64,000 nucleotides of DNA from contig OX597818.1 in the NCBI GenBank assembly GCA_951406725.2, positions 7,378,001-7,442,000 on the forward strand. The letters run 5' to 3'. This stretch comes from Octopus vulgaris. Lineage: Eukaryota. The notes under the pieces were generated by a model. The model searched no databases, was not told where the DNA came from, and saw only the letters and a program-made list of their open reading frames with translations. Shown piece by piece: positions 27,962-37,579 of the stretch; positions within the stretch are counted from its first letter, which is position 1; each line of letters opens with the position of its first letter. The translations under genes were made by a program, and so were the position numbers.

Positions 27962-29600
27962 ACTACGAATTAATTTTATCCTGGCCATAAAGTCCTTACA
28001 TAGAGGGGACAGCCCAAAGACAGACAAACATAAAAGTGGGGGGAAATATAAAGATCGAATATATTGGATAAAAAGTAATAAAATGACAGGATGAAATGAC
28101 TGTCGTTCGAACCCCACACTCTGAGCGACTACATTGAACCTTATTACAAATAATTACATTCATTAAAGTTATCTTTCCTTTCTTCTAAATTGTAATCGTG
28201 TAAACTTACAGTTTTTAGATCGACTGCTCAGTCGATTTCTGTCGACCGCTCATCAATGATCGGCCCATACTTCGTTTTTAGTTCTTTATGATGTTCTTTA
28301 CTAATAACTTCGCCACTTGTGTTATCAAAGTAGTGATCAACATCGTACACTTTCACGTCCTTGTCCATTCTGTTCATCTCCCCCGCTAACGTTTTAGTCG
28401 ACCTACAGAATATTACAATATAATACTTTTCATGTGGTGGGGGCTAGGGGGTTTCCGTTTAAGTCTGCTTGTTCATTTTTTTGTAGGGGTAAGGTAAGGG
28501 TCAGCATTTGGCGCGGTGCAGGGTGGGGGCTGGTGCATGCAAGGGCAGGCTGGGAAGGAGGAGGAGCAGAGTATGGATAGGGTGGAATTGGGTTGGAGAT
28601 CTTCGTCACTGGTATGTTGTCTCTTCCTTCGTTTCTTTCTTTTTTTTGTGCCAGCTGTTCATTCTTTCTCTGCTTCGTCTTGTTCACATGTATCCTCAAT
28701 TTTATTTCCATTGCCTTTGGTGGCATATTGAGTGGAAGTACGTTTTCCAATTTTTGAGCCACTCATCTGCACCACACTTAAATCACGGGGGCTTTCTGGC
28801 TTCCAAAATAACATTCAACAATTTTCATCCACCACAATAGTGTCCACTATCGTGTCCAAGACTGTTGGAGCAGCCTGGATGGCTATTTCCAGGCCTTGTT
28901 TCATCCAGTTCCATACAGGTACTCTCACGGCCTGGAGGATTGTTATTTTTTCCTCCGAACCAAATACTATGGTCGCAATCAGCCATGTAACATCCTCCTC
29001 CGGTTGTATCTCCTCCATACTCAATCTGGAAAACCGTATCACATGATAAGAAGACAGAATTATTATATTCTCTGTTTCTAACGAGGCTACGGAGTGTTGC
29101 CTTGCCTTCTCTTCGGTGGGGAACCTCACTTCCACTTTCAGCTACATTGATGGCTTTTACCTTTCCGTTAAAACTTTTGAATGTTACCGTTTTCTTGATT
29201 AAACTCTGAGCCACTTCACCGGGAGGGGACAATCTTACTTCCTGCCCCTCCCTATACTTTCGTATTTATTTAATTAGTTCGTTACCACTTCCAAATTTTG
29301 ATTTCCCAGCCGGCCGCATCTGCAAAACTCTTCTCTTCACATGCCGCCTTTCTCTTCTTCAGTTCCTTCACACATCTTAGGAGCTTGTTCATCGACCAAT
29401 CCATGTCAGAAGAGTCATTCTCCTCGAAGATGGTCTTCATGATAAATACCAAACGTTTCTCTCTCCCAAGCAAGGAGCGGGGAGTGCAGCGATTACAAAT
29501 CTGCTCGCGCAGGAGAAAGAAGATGCTTTGAGACACAACAACAAATTTAACAAGCACAGCAACGTGAGGCAACAAGCAATTAAGTTTACCAACCTCTCAA
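27962..29600 (-). mobile_element. L1/Tx1-like element remnant with ORF1 and 3' UTR only
   Basis: Frameshifted ORF1: KKTVTFKSFNG..VEVRFPTEEKARQHS..IQPEEDVTWLIATIV..KPR.FKCG, homologous to 41382-41675 and 52780-53045. The tail tttgtctgtctttgggctgtcccctctatgt matches the SINE B tail. Confidence 0.6.
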
Positions 29601-29924
29601 CCTTGAAACACCACGTCCGAATTTAAAAAAGGACAAATTCCGAACACCAGGAACGCGATTCAAGTTGATTTTTATACCCATAATTTCCATGAGATGCACG
29701 TGCAATAAGGTTTTCATGACAATTGCTTGCGATTGCCATCCACGGCATTCAACGCAGTTGCGTTTTGGCGTTTCCTTCCAGGGACTCTTGAAAGGTTACG
29801 TGCAATTTCAGTCTCAGCCCCAAACTAGCGTGTCTTGGAATATTTACACATACATCACCGAAATAAATTTTCAAAATTTACCATATAGAAATGACATTTG
29901 AAAGCATCACGTTCCTGGTGCGGT

Positions 29925-29961
<37 letters not shown>

Positions 29962-29963
<2 letters not shown>

Positions 29964-30058
29964 CTCTCTCTTTTCTCTCTTTTACTTGTTTCAGTCATTT
30001 GACTGCGGCCATGCTGGAGCACCGCTTTTAGCCGAGCAACTCGACCCCGGGACTTATT
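29962..30058 (-). mobile_element. SINE family A 3' fragment
   Basis: Nearly identical to 31312-31408. Confidence 0.8.
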
Positions 30059-30073
30059 CGAACTTCATTTTTT

Positions 30074-30132
<59 letters not shown>

Positions 30133-30155
30133 AGACAGTTTTTGCTAGAATCTAG

Positions 30156-30205
30156 CAAAAACTGTCTGATGAACGGAAACGAGAAACTCAGAGTAACAGA
30201 TTTTG
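30156..30205 (+). ncRNA. Minimal type I hammerhead ribozyme candidate
   Basis: caaaaactgt CTGATGA a-cg-gaaa-cg-a GAAA ctcagag TA acagattttg. Stem I ctgt/acag plus caaaa/ttttg; stem II CG-GAAA-CG closed by an A.A mismatch; stem III ACUCAGAGU; GUA cleavage after 30195. Confidence 0.7.
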
Positions 30206-30310
30206 TTGAATTTTCTGGTGCTTTAAATAAAGCATATTACTCTACCACTGGTATTTGAGTACTCTTTTTTTTCCACCTTGTTTCACATTTATGTTTACTC
30301 CGGTATACAT

Positions 30311-30422
<112 letters not shown>

Positions 30423-30515
30423 CGGGAAGCTTTATGAAAATAGACAAAAGACGAAGGCAGGTGGAAAACAAACAAACAATTGTATTAGTATGGCGCTCAA
30501 ATATATATACATATG

Positions 30516-31221
30516 TATATGTGTATATTGGCAGGGCTGGCCTGCTAGGTAGCCGGCCAGAATGCTAGAAATAGATCATCAACGATCAAACTACAAGGGA
30601 AATTCTCTAGAGGAAGACTACTGGTTTTAAATTGATATTAACATTAATATTAATTTATCTCCCTCAATTTTTAAATATTTAAATAAATACGTTCCCTAGT
30701 AGTAAGCTTTACCCGCAGTGAATTATTCACTGCAGCCCTTCGCTTCAGGAGTCTCTTAGCGCGCCGGAACCAAGACATTTGAAATTTTATCCCCGATGTA
30801 ATCAGTAAGACTAAGCACGTGTCTGTCTTGACACAGAGAGCTGGGGTCAGTCTTGCGGTTTGCATCTCGAGGACCGAATGTACTGAAGAAGTCACGGACA
30901 CTTGAATTATGCAAGTAATTCTTTTGTTAAGACCGAAACCGAGGTATGCATTTAAGTCTGTTTTTTATTTAATTTTTCATATGTCCTGCCCGCCAAATTT
31001 GGTTCTGGTGTTCGCTGAATTCTTCCTCTAGAGAATTTCCCTTGTAGTTTGATCGTTGATGATCTATTTCTAGCATTCTGGCCGGCTACCTAGCAGGCCA
31101 GCCCTGCCAATATACACATATATTTGAATTTTCTCTGACTCCTCAGATTTTTTGAATGCTGGACTACTGGTTTTAAATTGATATTAAAATTAATATTAAT
31201 TTATCTCCCTCAATTTTTAAA
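30516..31221 (+). mobile_element. Retrozyme-like / Penelope pLTR-like element: inverted 5' arm plus ~1.1 units of a 546 bp monomer
   Basis: 30516-30617 is the reverse complement of 31021-31122. gactactggttttaaattgatattaa...ctccctcaatttttaa repeats at 30616 and 31162. Contains a hammerhead; bounded by TA-rich microsatellite. Confidence 0.8.
30871..30959 (+). ncRNA. Type I hammerhead ribozyme with extended stem II
   Basis: aatgta CTGAAGA a-gtc...gac-c GAAA ccgagg TA tgcatt. Stem I AAUGUA/UGCAUU; stem II GUC/GAC with inner acttg/caagt; stem III ACCGAGGU; GUA cleavage after 30946. Confidence 0.75.
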
Positions 31222-31252
31222 TTTTATATACATATGTATATATATATATATT

Positions 31253-31311
<59 letters not shown>

Positions 31312-31313
<2 letters not shown>

Positions 31314-31714
31314 TCTCTCTTTTCTCTCTTTTACTTGTTTCAGTCATTTGACTGCGGCCATGCTGGAGCACCGCCTTTAGCCGAGCAACTCGACCCCGGG
31401 ACTTATTCTTTTGTAAGCCCAGTACTTATTCTATCGGTCTCTTTTACTGAACCGCTAAGTGACGGGGACATAAACACACCAGCATTAGTTGTCAAGCAAT
31501 GCTAGGGGGACAAACGCAGACACACAAACATATCCACACATATATATATATATATACGACAGGCTTCTTTCTGTTTCCGTCTACCAAATCCACTCACAAG
31601 GCATTGGCCGGCCTGGGGATATAGCAGAAGACACTTGCCCAAGATGCCACGCAGTGGGATTGAACCCAGAACCATGTGGTTGGTAAACAAGCTTCTTACC
31701 ACACAGCCACTCCT
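31312..31714 (-). mobile_element. tRNA-derived SINE family A, full length
   Basis: Reverse complement starts aggagtggctgtgtggtaagaagcttg...gggttcaatccc (A and B boxes); highly similar to 37166-37537. Confidence 0.9.
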
Positions 31715-31731
31715 ATATATATATATAGCCA

Positions 31732-31773
<42 letters not shown>

Positions 31774-31776
<3 letters not shown>

Positions 31777-32039
31777 AATATAAGAGAGTGGTCACTATAT
31801 TGCTCACTCTAGCACCAGTTAATCCAAAAGGTTTCAACCACGAAAATACATGCTTACCATGAAAGTCAGTACGATTGTTAGCTCACAGGACAGGGCAAAT
31901 AAAAAATAACAAAAATACAGATTATTTTGGGACAATTGTTTCGCTATTAATGAATTAAATGTAATTTTACTTACAAAAAAAATCCATTTGTAGCTCGTCA
32001 GCCAAGACTATCTGGATGAAATCCACTCAATCACACGCC
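31774..32039 (-). repeat. Inverted partial copy (266 bp) of the 536 bp monomer
   Basis: Near-exact reverse complement of 32193-32458 (one base deleted near 31888; the poly-T run is one base longer than in unit 1). Joins the forward array through a cc microhomology. Confidence 0.95.
31918..32014 (-). ncRNA. Type I hammerhead ribozyme (inverted copy)
   Basis: Reverse complement of the array hammerhead with all core nucleotides intact. Confidence 0.85.
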
Positions 32040-32217
32040 CTTATTAATTAATTATAATTATGCTGCATTTATTTCTAAATGCTGTATTTGTTTTCCGTGA
32101 AAGTTTGGCGCGCTGTTGGTTGGGGCATTTGAATTATAACGTCGGATGTAATCAATTGAACCACACGCGTATTTATCGTTATGGTAAAATCTGGCGTGTG
32201 ATTGAGTGGATTTCATC

Positions 32218-32313
32218 CAGATAGTCTTGGCTGACGAGCTACAAATGGATTTTTTTGTAAGTAAAATTACATTTAATTCATTAATAGCGAAACAATTGTC
32301 CCAAAATAATCTG
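32218..32313 (+). ncRNA. Type I hammerhead ribozyme, unit 1
   Basis: cagatagtcttgg CTGACGA gcta...tagc GAAA caattg TC ccaaaataatctg. Stem I UUGG/CCAA, internal loop, then CAGAU/AUCUG; stem II GCUA/UAGC extended; stem III palindrome ACAAUUGU; GUC cleavage after 32300. Confidence 0.9.
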
Positions 32314-32752
32314 TATTTTTGTTATTTTTTATTTGCCCTGTCCGTGTGAGCTAACAATCGTACTGACTTTCATGGTAAGCATGTATTTTCGTGGTTGAAA
32401 CCTTTTGGATTAACTGGTGCTAGAGTGAGCAATATAGTGACCACTCTCTTATATTTATTTTGTAAAAATATTATAATATGTTATAAAATATTATAATAAT
32501 CCAGGTTTCTCGAAGCACTAGGCCACTTGGTGTTGAATAAATATACTATTAAATTAGTATCTAATTCTCTCACCCTTATTAATTAATTATAATTATGCTG
32601 CATTTATTTCTAAATGCTGTATTTGTTTTCCGTGAAAGTTTGGCGCGCTGTTGGTTGGGGCATTTGAATTATAACGTCGGATGTAATCAATTGAACCACA
32701 CGCGTATTTATCGTTATGGTAAAATCTGGCGTGTGATTGAGTGGATTTCATC

Positions 32753-32848
32753 CAGATAGTCTTGGCTGACGAGCTACAAATGGATTTTTTTGTAAGTAAA
32801 ATTACATTTAATTCATTAATAGCGAAACAATTGTCCCAAAATAATCTG
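32753..32848 (+). ncRNA. Type I hammerhead ribozyme, unit 2
   Basis: Same motif; CTGACGA at 32766, cleavage after 32835. Confidence 0.9.
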
Positions 32849-33287
32849 TATTTTTGTTATTTTTTATTTGCCCTGTCCGTGTGAGCTAACAATCGTACTG
32901 ACTTTCATGGTAAGCATGTATTTTCGTGGTTGAAACCTTTTGGATTAACTGGCGCTAGAGTGAGCAATATAGTGACCACTCTCTTATATTTATTTTGTAA
33001 AAATATAATAATATGTTATAAAATATTATAATAATCCAGGTTTCTCGAAGCACTAGGCCACTTGGTGTTGAATAAATATACTATTAAATTAGTATCTAAT
33101 TCTCTCACCCTTATTAATTAATTATAATTATGCTGCATTTATTTCTAAATGCTGTATTTGTTTTCCGTGAAAGTTTGGCGCGCTGTTGGTTGGGGCATTT
33201 GAATTATAACGTCGGATGTAATCAATTGAACCACACGCGTATTTATCGTTATGGTAAAATCTGGCGTGTGATTGAGTGGATTTCATC

Positions 33288-33384
33288 CAGATAGTCTTGG
33301 CTGACGAGCTACAAATGGATTTTTTTTGTAAGTAAAATTACATTTAATTCATTAATAGCGAAACAATTGTCCCAAAATAATCTG
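33288..33384 (+). ncRNA. Type I hammerhead ribozyme, unit 3
   Basis: CTGACGA at 33301, cleavage after 33371. Confidence 0.9.
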
Positions 33385-33823
33385 TATTTTTGTTATTTTT
33401 TATTTGCCCTGTCCGTGTGAGCTAACAATCGTACTGACTTTCATGGTAAGCATGTATTTTCGTGGTTGAAACCTTTTGGATTAACTGGTGCTAGAGTGAG
33501 CAATATAGTGACCACTCTCTTATATTTATTTTGTAAAAATATTATAATATGTTATAAAATATTATAATAATCCAGGTTTCTCGAAGCACTAGGCCACTTG
33601 GTGTTGAATAAATATACTATTAAATTAGTATCTAATTCTCTCACCCTTATTAATTAATTATAATTATGCTGCATTTATTTCTAAATGCTGTATTTGTTTT
33701 CCGTGAAAGTTTGGCGCGCTGTTGGTTGGGGCATTTGAATTATAACGTCGGATGTAATCAATTGAACCACACGCGTATTTATCGTTATGGTAAAATCTGG
33801 CGTGTGATTGAGTGGATTTCATC

Positions 33824-33920
33824 CAGATAGTCTTGGCTGACGAGCTACAAATGGATTTTTTTTGTAAGTAAAATTACATTTAATTCATTAATAGCGAAAC
33901 AATTGTCCCAAAATAATCTG
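33824..33920 (+). ncRNA. Type I hammerhead ribozyme, unit 4
   Basis: CTGACGA at 33837, cleavage after 33907. Confidence 0.9.
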
Positions 33921-34359
33921 TATTTTTGTTATTTTTTATTTGCCCTGTCCGTGTGAGCTAACAATCGTACTGACTTTCATGGTAAGCATGTATTTTCGTG
34001 GTTGAAACCTTTTGGATTAACTGGTGCTAGAGTGAGCAATATAGTGACCACTCTCTTATATTTATTTTGTAAAAATATTATAATATGTTATAAAATATTA
34101 TAATAATCCAGGTTTCTCGAAGCACTAGGCCACTTGGTGTTGAATAAATATACTATTAAATTAGTATCTAATTCTCTCACCCTTATTAATTAATTATAAT
34201 TATGCTGCATTTATTTCTAAATGCTGTATTTGTTTTCCGTGAAAGTTTGGCGCGCTGTTGGTTGGGGCATTTGAATTATAACGTCGGATGTAATCAATTG
34301 AACCACACGCGTATTTATCGTTATGGTAAAATCTGGCGTGTGATTGAGTGGATTTCATC

Positions 34360-34456
34360 CAGATAGTCTTGGCTGACGAGCTACAAATGGATTTTTTTTG
34401 TAAGTAAAATTACATTTAATTCATTAATAGCGAAACAATTGTCCCAAAATAATCTG
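34360..34456 (+). ncRNA. Type I hammerhead ribozyme, unit 5
   Basis: CTGACGA at 34373, cleavage after 34443. Confidence 0.9.
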
Positions 34457-34894
34457 TATTTTTGTTATTTTTTATTTGCCCTGTCCGTGTGAGCTAACAA
34501 TCGTACTGACTTTCATGGTAAGCATGTATTTTCGTGGTTGAAACCTTTTGGATTAACTGGTGCTAGAGTGAGCAATATAGTGACCACTCTCTTATATTTA
34601 TTTTGTAAAAATATAATAATATGTTATAAAATATTATAATAATCCAGGTTTCTCGAAGCACTAGGCCACTTGGTGTTGAATAAATATACTATTAAATTAG
34701 TATCTAATTCTCTCACCTTATTAATTAATTATAATTATGCTGCATTTATTTCTAAATGCTGTATTTGTTTTCCGTGAAAGTTTGGCGCGCTGTTGGTTGG
34801 GGCATTTGAATTATAACGTCGGATGTAATCAATTGAACCACACGCGTATTTATCGTTATGGTAAAATCTGGCGTGTGATTGAGTGGATTTCATC

Positions 34895-34991
34895 CAGATA
34901 GTCTTGGCTGACGAGCTACAAATGGATTTTTTTTGTAAGTAAAATTACATTTAATTCATTAATAGCGAAACAATTGTCCCAAAATAATCTG
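34895..34991 (+). ncRNA. Type I hammerhead ribozyme, unit 6
   Basis: CTGACGA at 34908, cleavage after 34978. Confidence 0.9.
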
Positions 34992-35430
34992 TATTTTTGT
35001 TATTTTTTATTTGCCCTGTCCGTGTGAGCTAACAATCGTACTGACTTTCATGGTAAGCATGTATTTTCGTGGTTGAAACCTTTTGGATTAACTGGTGCTA
35101 GAGTGAGCAATATAGTGACCACTCTCTTATATTTATTTTGTAAAAATATTATAATATGTTATAAAATATTATAATAATCCAGGTTTCTCGAAGCACTAGG
35201 CCACTTGGTGTTGAATAAATATACTATTAAATTAGTATCTAATTCTCTCACCCTTATTAATTAATTATAATTATGCTGCATTTATTTCTAAATGCTGTAT
35301 TTGTTTTCCGTGAAAGTTTGGCGCGCTGTTGGTTGGGGCATTTGAATTATAACGTCGGATGTAATCAATTGAACCACACGCGTATTTATCGTTATGGTAA
35401 AATCTGGCGTGTGATTGAGTGGATTTCATC

Positions 35431-35527
35431 CAGATAGTCTTGGCTGACGAGCTACAAATGGATTTTTTTTGTAAGTAAAATTACATTTAATTCATTAATA
35501 GCGAAACAATTGTCCCAAAATAATCTG
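35431..35527 (+). ncRNA. Type I hammerhead ribozyme, unit 7
   Basis: CTGACGA at 35444, cleavage after 35514. Confidence 0.9.
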
Positions 35528-35966
35528 TATTTTTGTTATTTTTTATTTGCCCTGTCCGTGTGAGCTAACAATCGTACTGACTTTCATGGTAAGCATGTAT
35601 TTTCGTGGTTGAAACCTTTTGGATTAACTGGTGCTAGAGTGAGCAATATAGTGACCACTCTCTTATATTTATTTTGTAAAAATATTATAATATGTTATAA
35701 AATATTATAATAATCCAGGTTTCTCGAAGCACTAGGCCACTTGGTGTTGAATAAATATACTATTAAATTAGTATCTAATTCTCTCACCCTTATTAATTAA
35801 TTATAATTATGCTGCATTTATTTCTAAATGCTGTATTTGTTTTCCGTGAAAGTTTGGCGCGCTGTTGGTTGGGGCATTTGAATTATAACGTCGGATGTAA
35901 TCAATTGAACCACACGCGTATTTATCGTTATGGTAAAATCTGGCGTGTGATTGAGTGGATTTCATC

Positions 35967-36063
35967 CAGATAGTCTTGGCTGACGAGCTACAAATGGATT
36001 TTTTTTGTAAGTAAAATTACATTTAATTCATTAATAGCGAAACAATTGTCCCAAAATAATCTG
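35967..36063 (+). ncRNA. Type I hammerhead ribozyme, unit 8
   Basis: CTGACGA at 35980, cleavage after 36050. Confidence 0.9.
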
Positions 36064-36502
36064 TATTTTTGTTATTTTTTATTTGCCCTGTCCGTGTGAG
36101 CTAACAATCGTACTGACTTTCATGGTAAGCATGTATTTTCGTGGTTGAAACCTTTTGGATTAACTGGTGCTAGAGTGAGCAATATAGTGACCACTCTCTT
36201 ATATTTATTTTGTAAAAATATTATAATATGTTATAAAATATTATAATAATCCAGGTTTCTCGAAGCACTAGGCCACTTGGTGTTGAATAAATATACTATT
36301 AAATTAGTATCTAATTCTCTCACCCTTATTAATTAATTATAATTATGCTGCATTTATTTCTAAATGCTGTATTTGTTTTCCGTGAAAGTTTGGCGCGCTG
36401 TTGGTTGGGGCATTTGAATTATAACGTCGGATGTAATCAATTGAACCACACGCGTATTTATCGTTATGGTAAAATCTGGCGTGTGATTGAGTGGATTTCA
36501 TC

Positions 36503-36599
36503 CAGATAGTCTTGGCTGACGAGCTACAAATGGATTTTTTTTGTAAGTAAAATTACATTTAATTCATTAATAGCGAAACAATTGTCCCAAAATAATCTG
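36503..36599 (+). ncRNA. Type I hammerhead ribozyme, unit 9
   Basis: CTGACGA at 36516, cleavage after 36586. Confidence 0.9.
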
Positions 36600-36868
36600 T
36601 ATTTTTGTTATTTTTTATTTGCCCTGTCCGTGTGAGCTAACAATCGTACTGATTTTCATGGTAAGCATGTATTTTCGTGGTTGAAACCTTTTGGATTAAC
36701 TGGTGCTAGAGTGAGCAATATAGTGACCACTCTCTTATATTTATTTTGTAAAAATATTATAATATGTTATAAAATATTATAATAATCCAGGTTTCTCGAA
36801 GCACTAGGCCACTTGGTGTTGAATAAATATACTATTAAATTAGTATCTAATTCTCTCACCCTTATTAA

Positions 36869-36919
<51 letters not shown>

Positions 36920-37151
36920 GCGGCAAGCTGGCAGACACGTCGTTAGCGCGCCGGGCGAAATGCTTAGCGGTATTTCGTCTGTCGTTACGTTCTGAGTTCA
37001 AATTCCACCGAGGTCAACTTTGCCTTTCATCCTTTTGGGGTCGATAAATAAAGTACCAGCTTCGCACAGGGGGTGATATAATAGACTCAATCCCTTCGTC
37101 TGTCCTTGTTTGTCCCCTCTATGTTTAGCCCCTTGTGGGCAGTAAAGAAAT
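36920..37151 (+). mobile_element. SINE family B
   Basis: Homologous to 16045-16278 along its length. Confidence 0.85.
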
Positions 37152-37165
37152 ATATATATATTATA

Positions 37166-37535
37166 GGCGCAGGAGTGGCTGTGTGGTAAGTAGCTTGCTA
37201 ACCAACCACACGGTTGCGGGTTCAGTCCCACTGCGTGGCATCTTGGGCAAGTGTCTTCTGCTATAGCTCCGGGCCGACCAATGCCTTGTGAGTGGATTTG
37301 GTAGACGGAAACTGAAAGAAGCCTGTCGTATATATGTATATATATATATGTATGCGTGTGTTTGTGTGTCTGTGTTTGTCCCCCTAGCATTGCTTGACAA
37401 CCGATGCTGGTGTATTTAGGTCCCCGTCACATAGCGGTTCGGCAAAAAGAGACCGATAGAATAAGTACTAAAAGGTGGTGCTCCAGCATGGCCGCAGTCG
37501 GGTGACTGAAACAAGTGAAAGAGAGAGAGTAAAGA

Positions 37536-37537
<2 letters not shown>
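37166..37537 (+). mobile_element. tRNA-derived SINE family A, full length
   Basis: ggcgcaggagtggctgtgtggtaag (A box)...gggttcagtccc (B box)...ccagcatggccgcagtc tail before (TA)n. Confidence 0.9.

Positions 37538-37579
<42 letters not shown>

Larger units (their letters stand above)
32038..36877 (+). repeat. Tandem array of nine 535-536 bp hammerhead-containing monomers plus 19 bp (retrozyme-like)
   Basis: Unit starts (cccttattaattaattata) at 32038, 32573, 33108, 33644, 34180, 34716, 35251, 35787, 36323, 36859. Only a few single-base differences between units; no ORF; ends in (TA)n. Confidence 0.97.

Noticed and set aside
32390-32405. B-box-like ggttgaaacc within the monomer as a Pol III promoter
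   Set aside because: It deviates from the consensus, has no convincing A box, and the unit has several T runs that would terminate Pol III.
32038-36877. Array as CRISPR or ordinary satellite/rDNA/snRNA repeat
   Set aside because: No repeat-spacer alternation, since units are identical end to end. No 5S, tRNA or snRNA motifs recognised. The hammerhead explains it better.
31312-37537. Divergent SINE A copies flanking the array as ends of a composite transposon
   Set aside because: SINE A is abundant in the window, the copies differ, and there is no TSD; likely chance.
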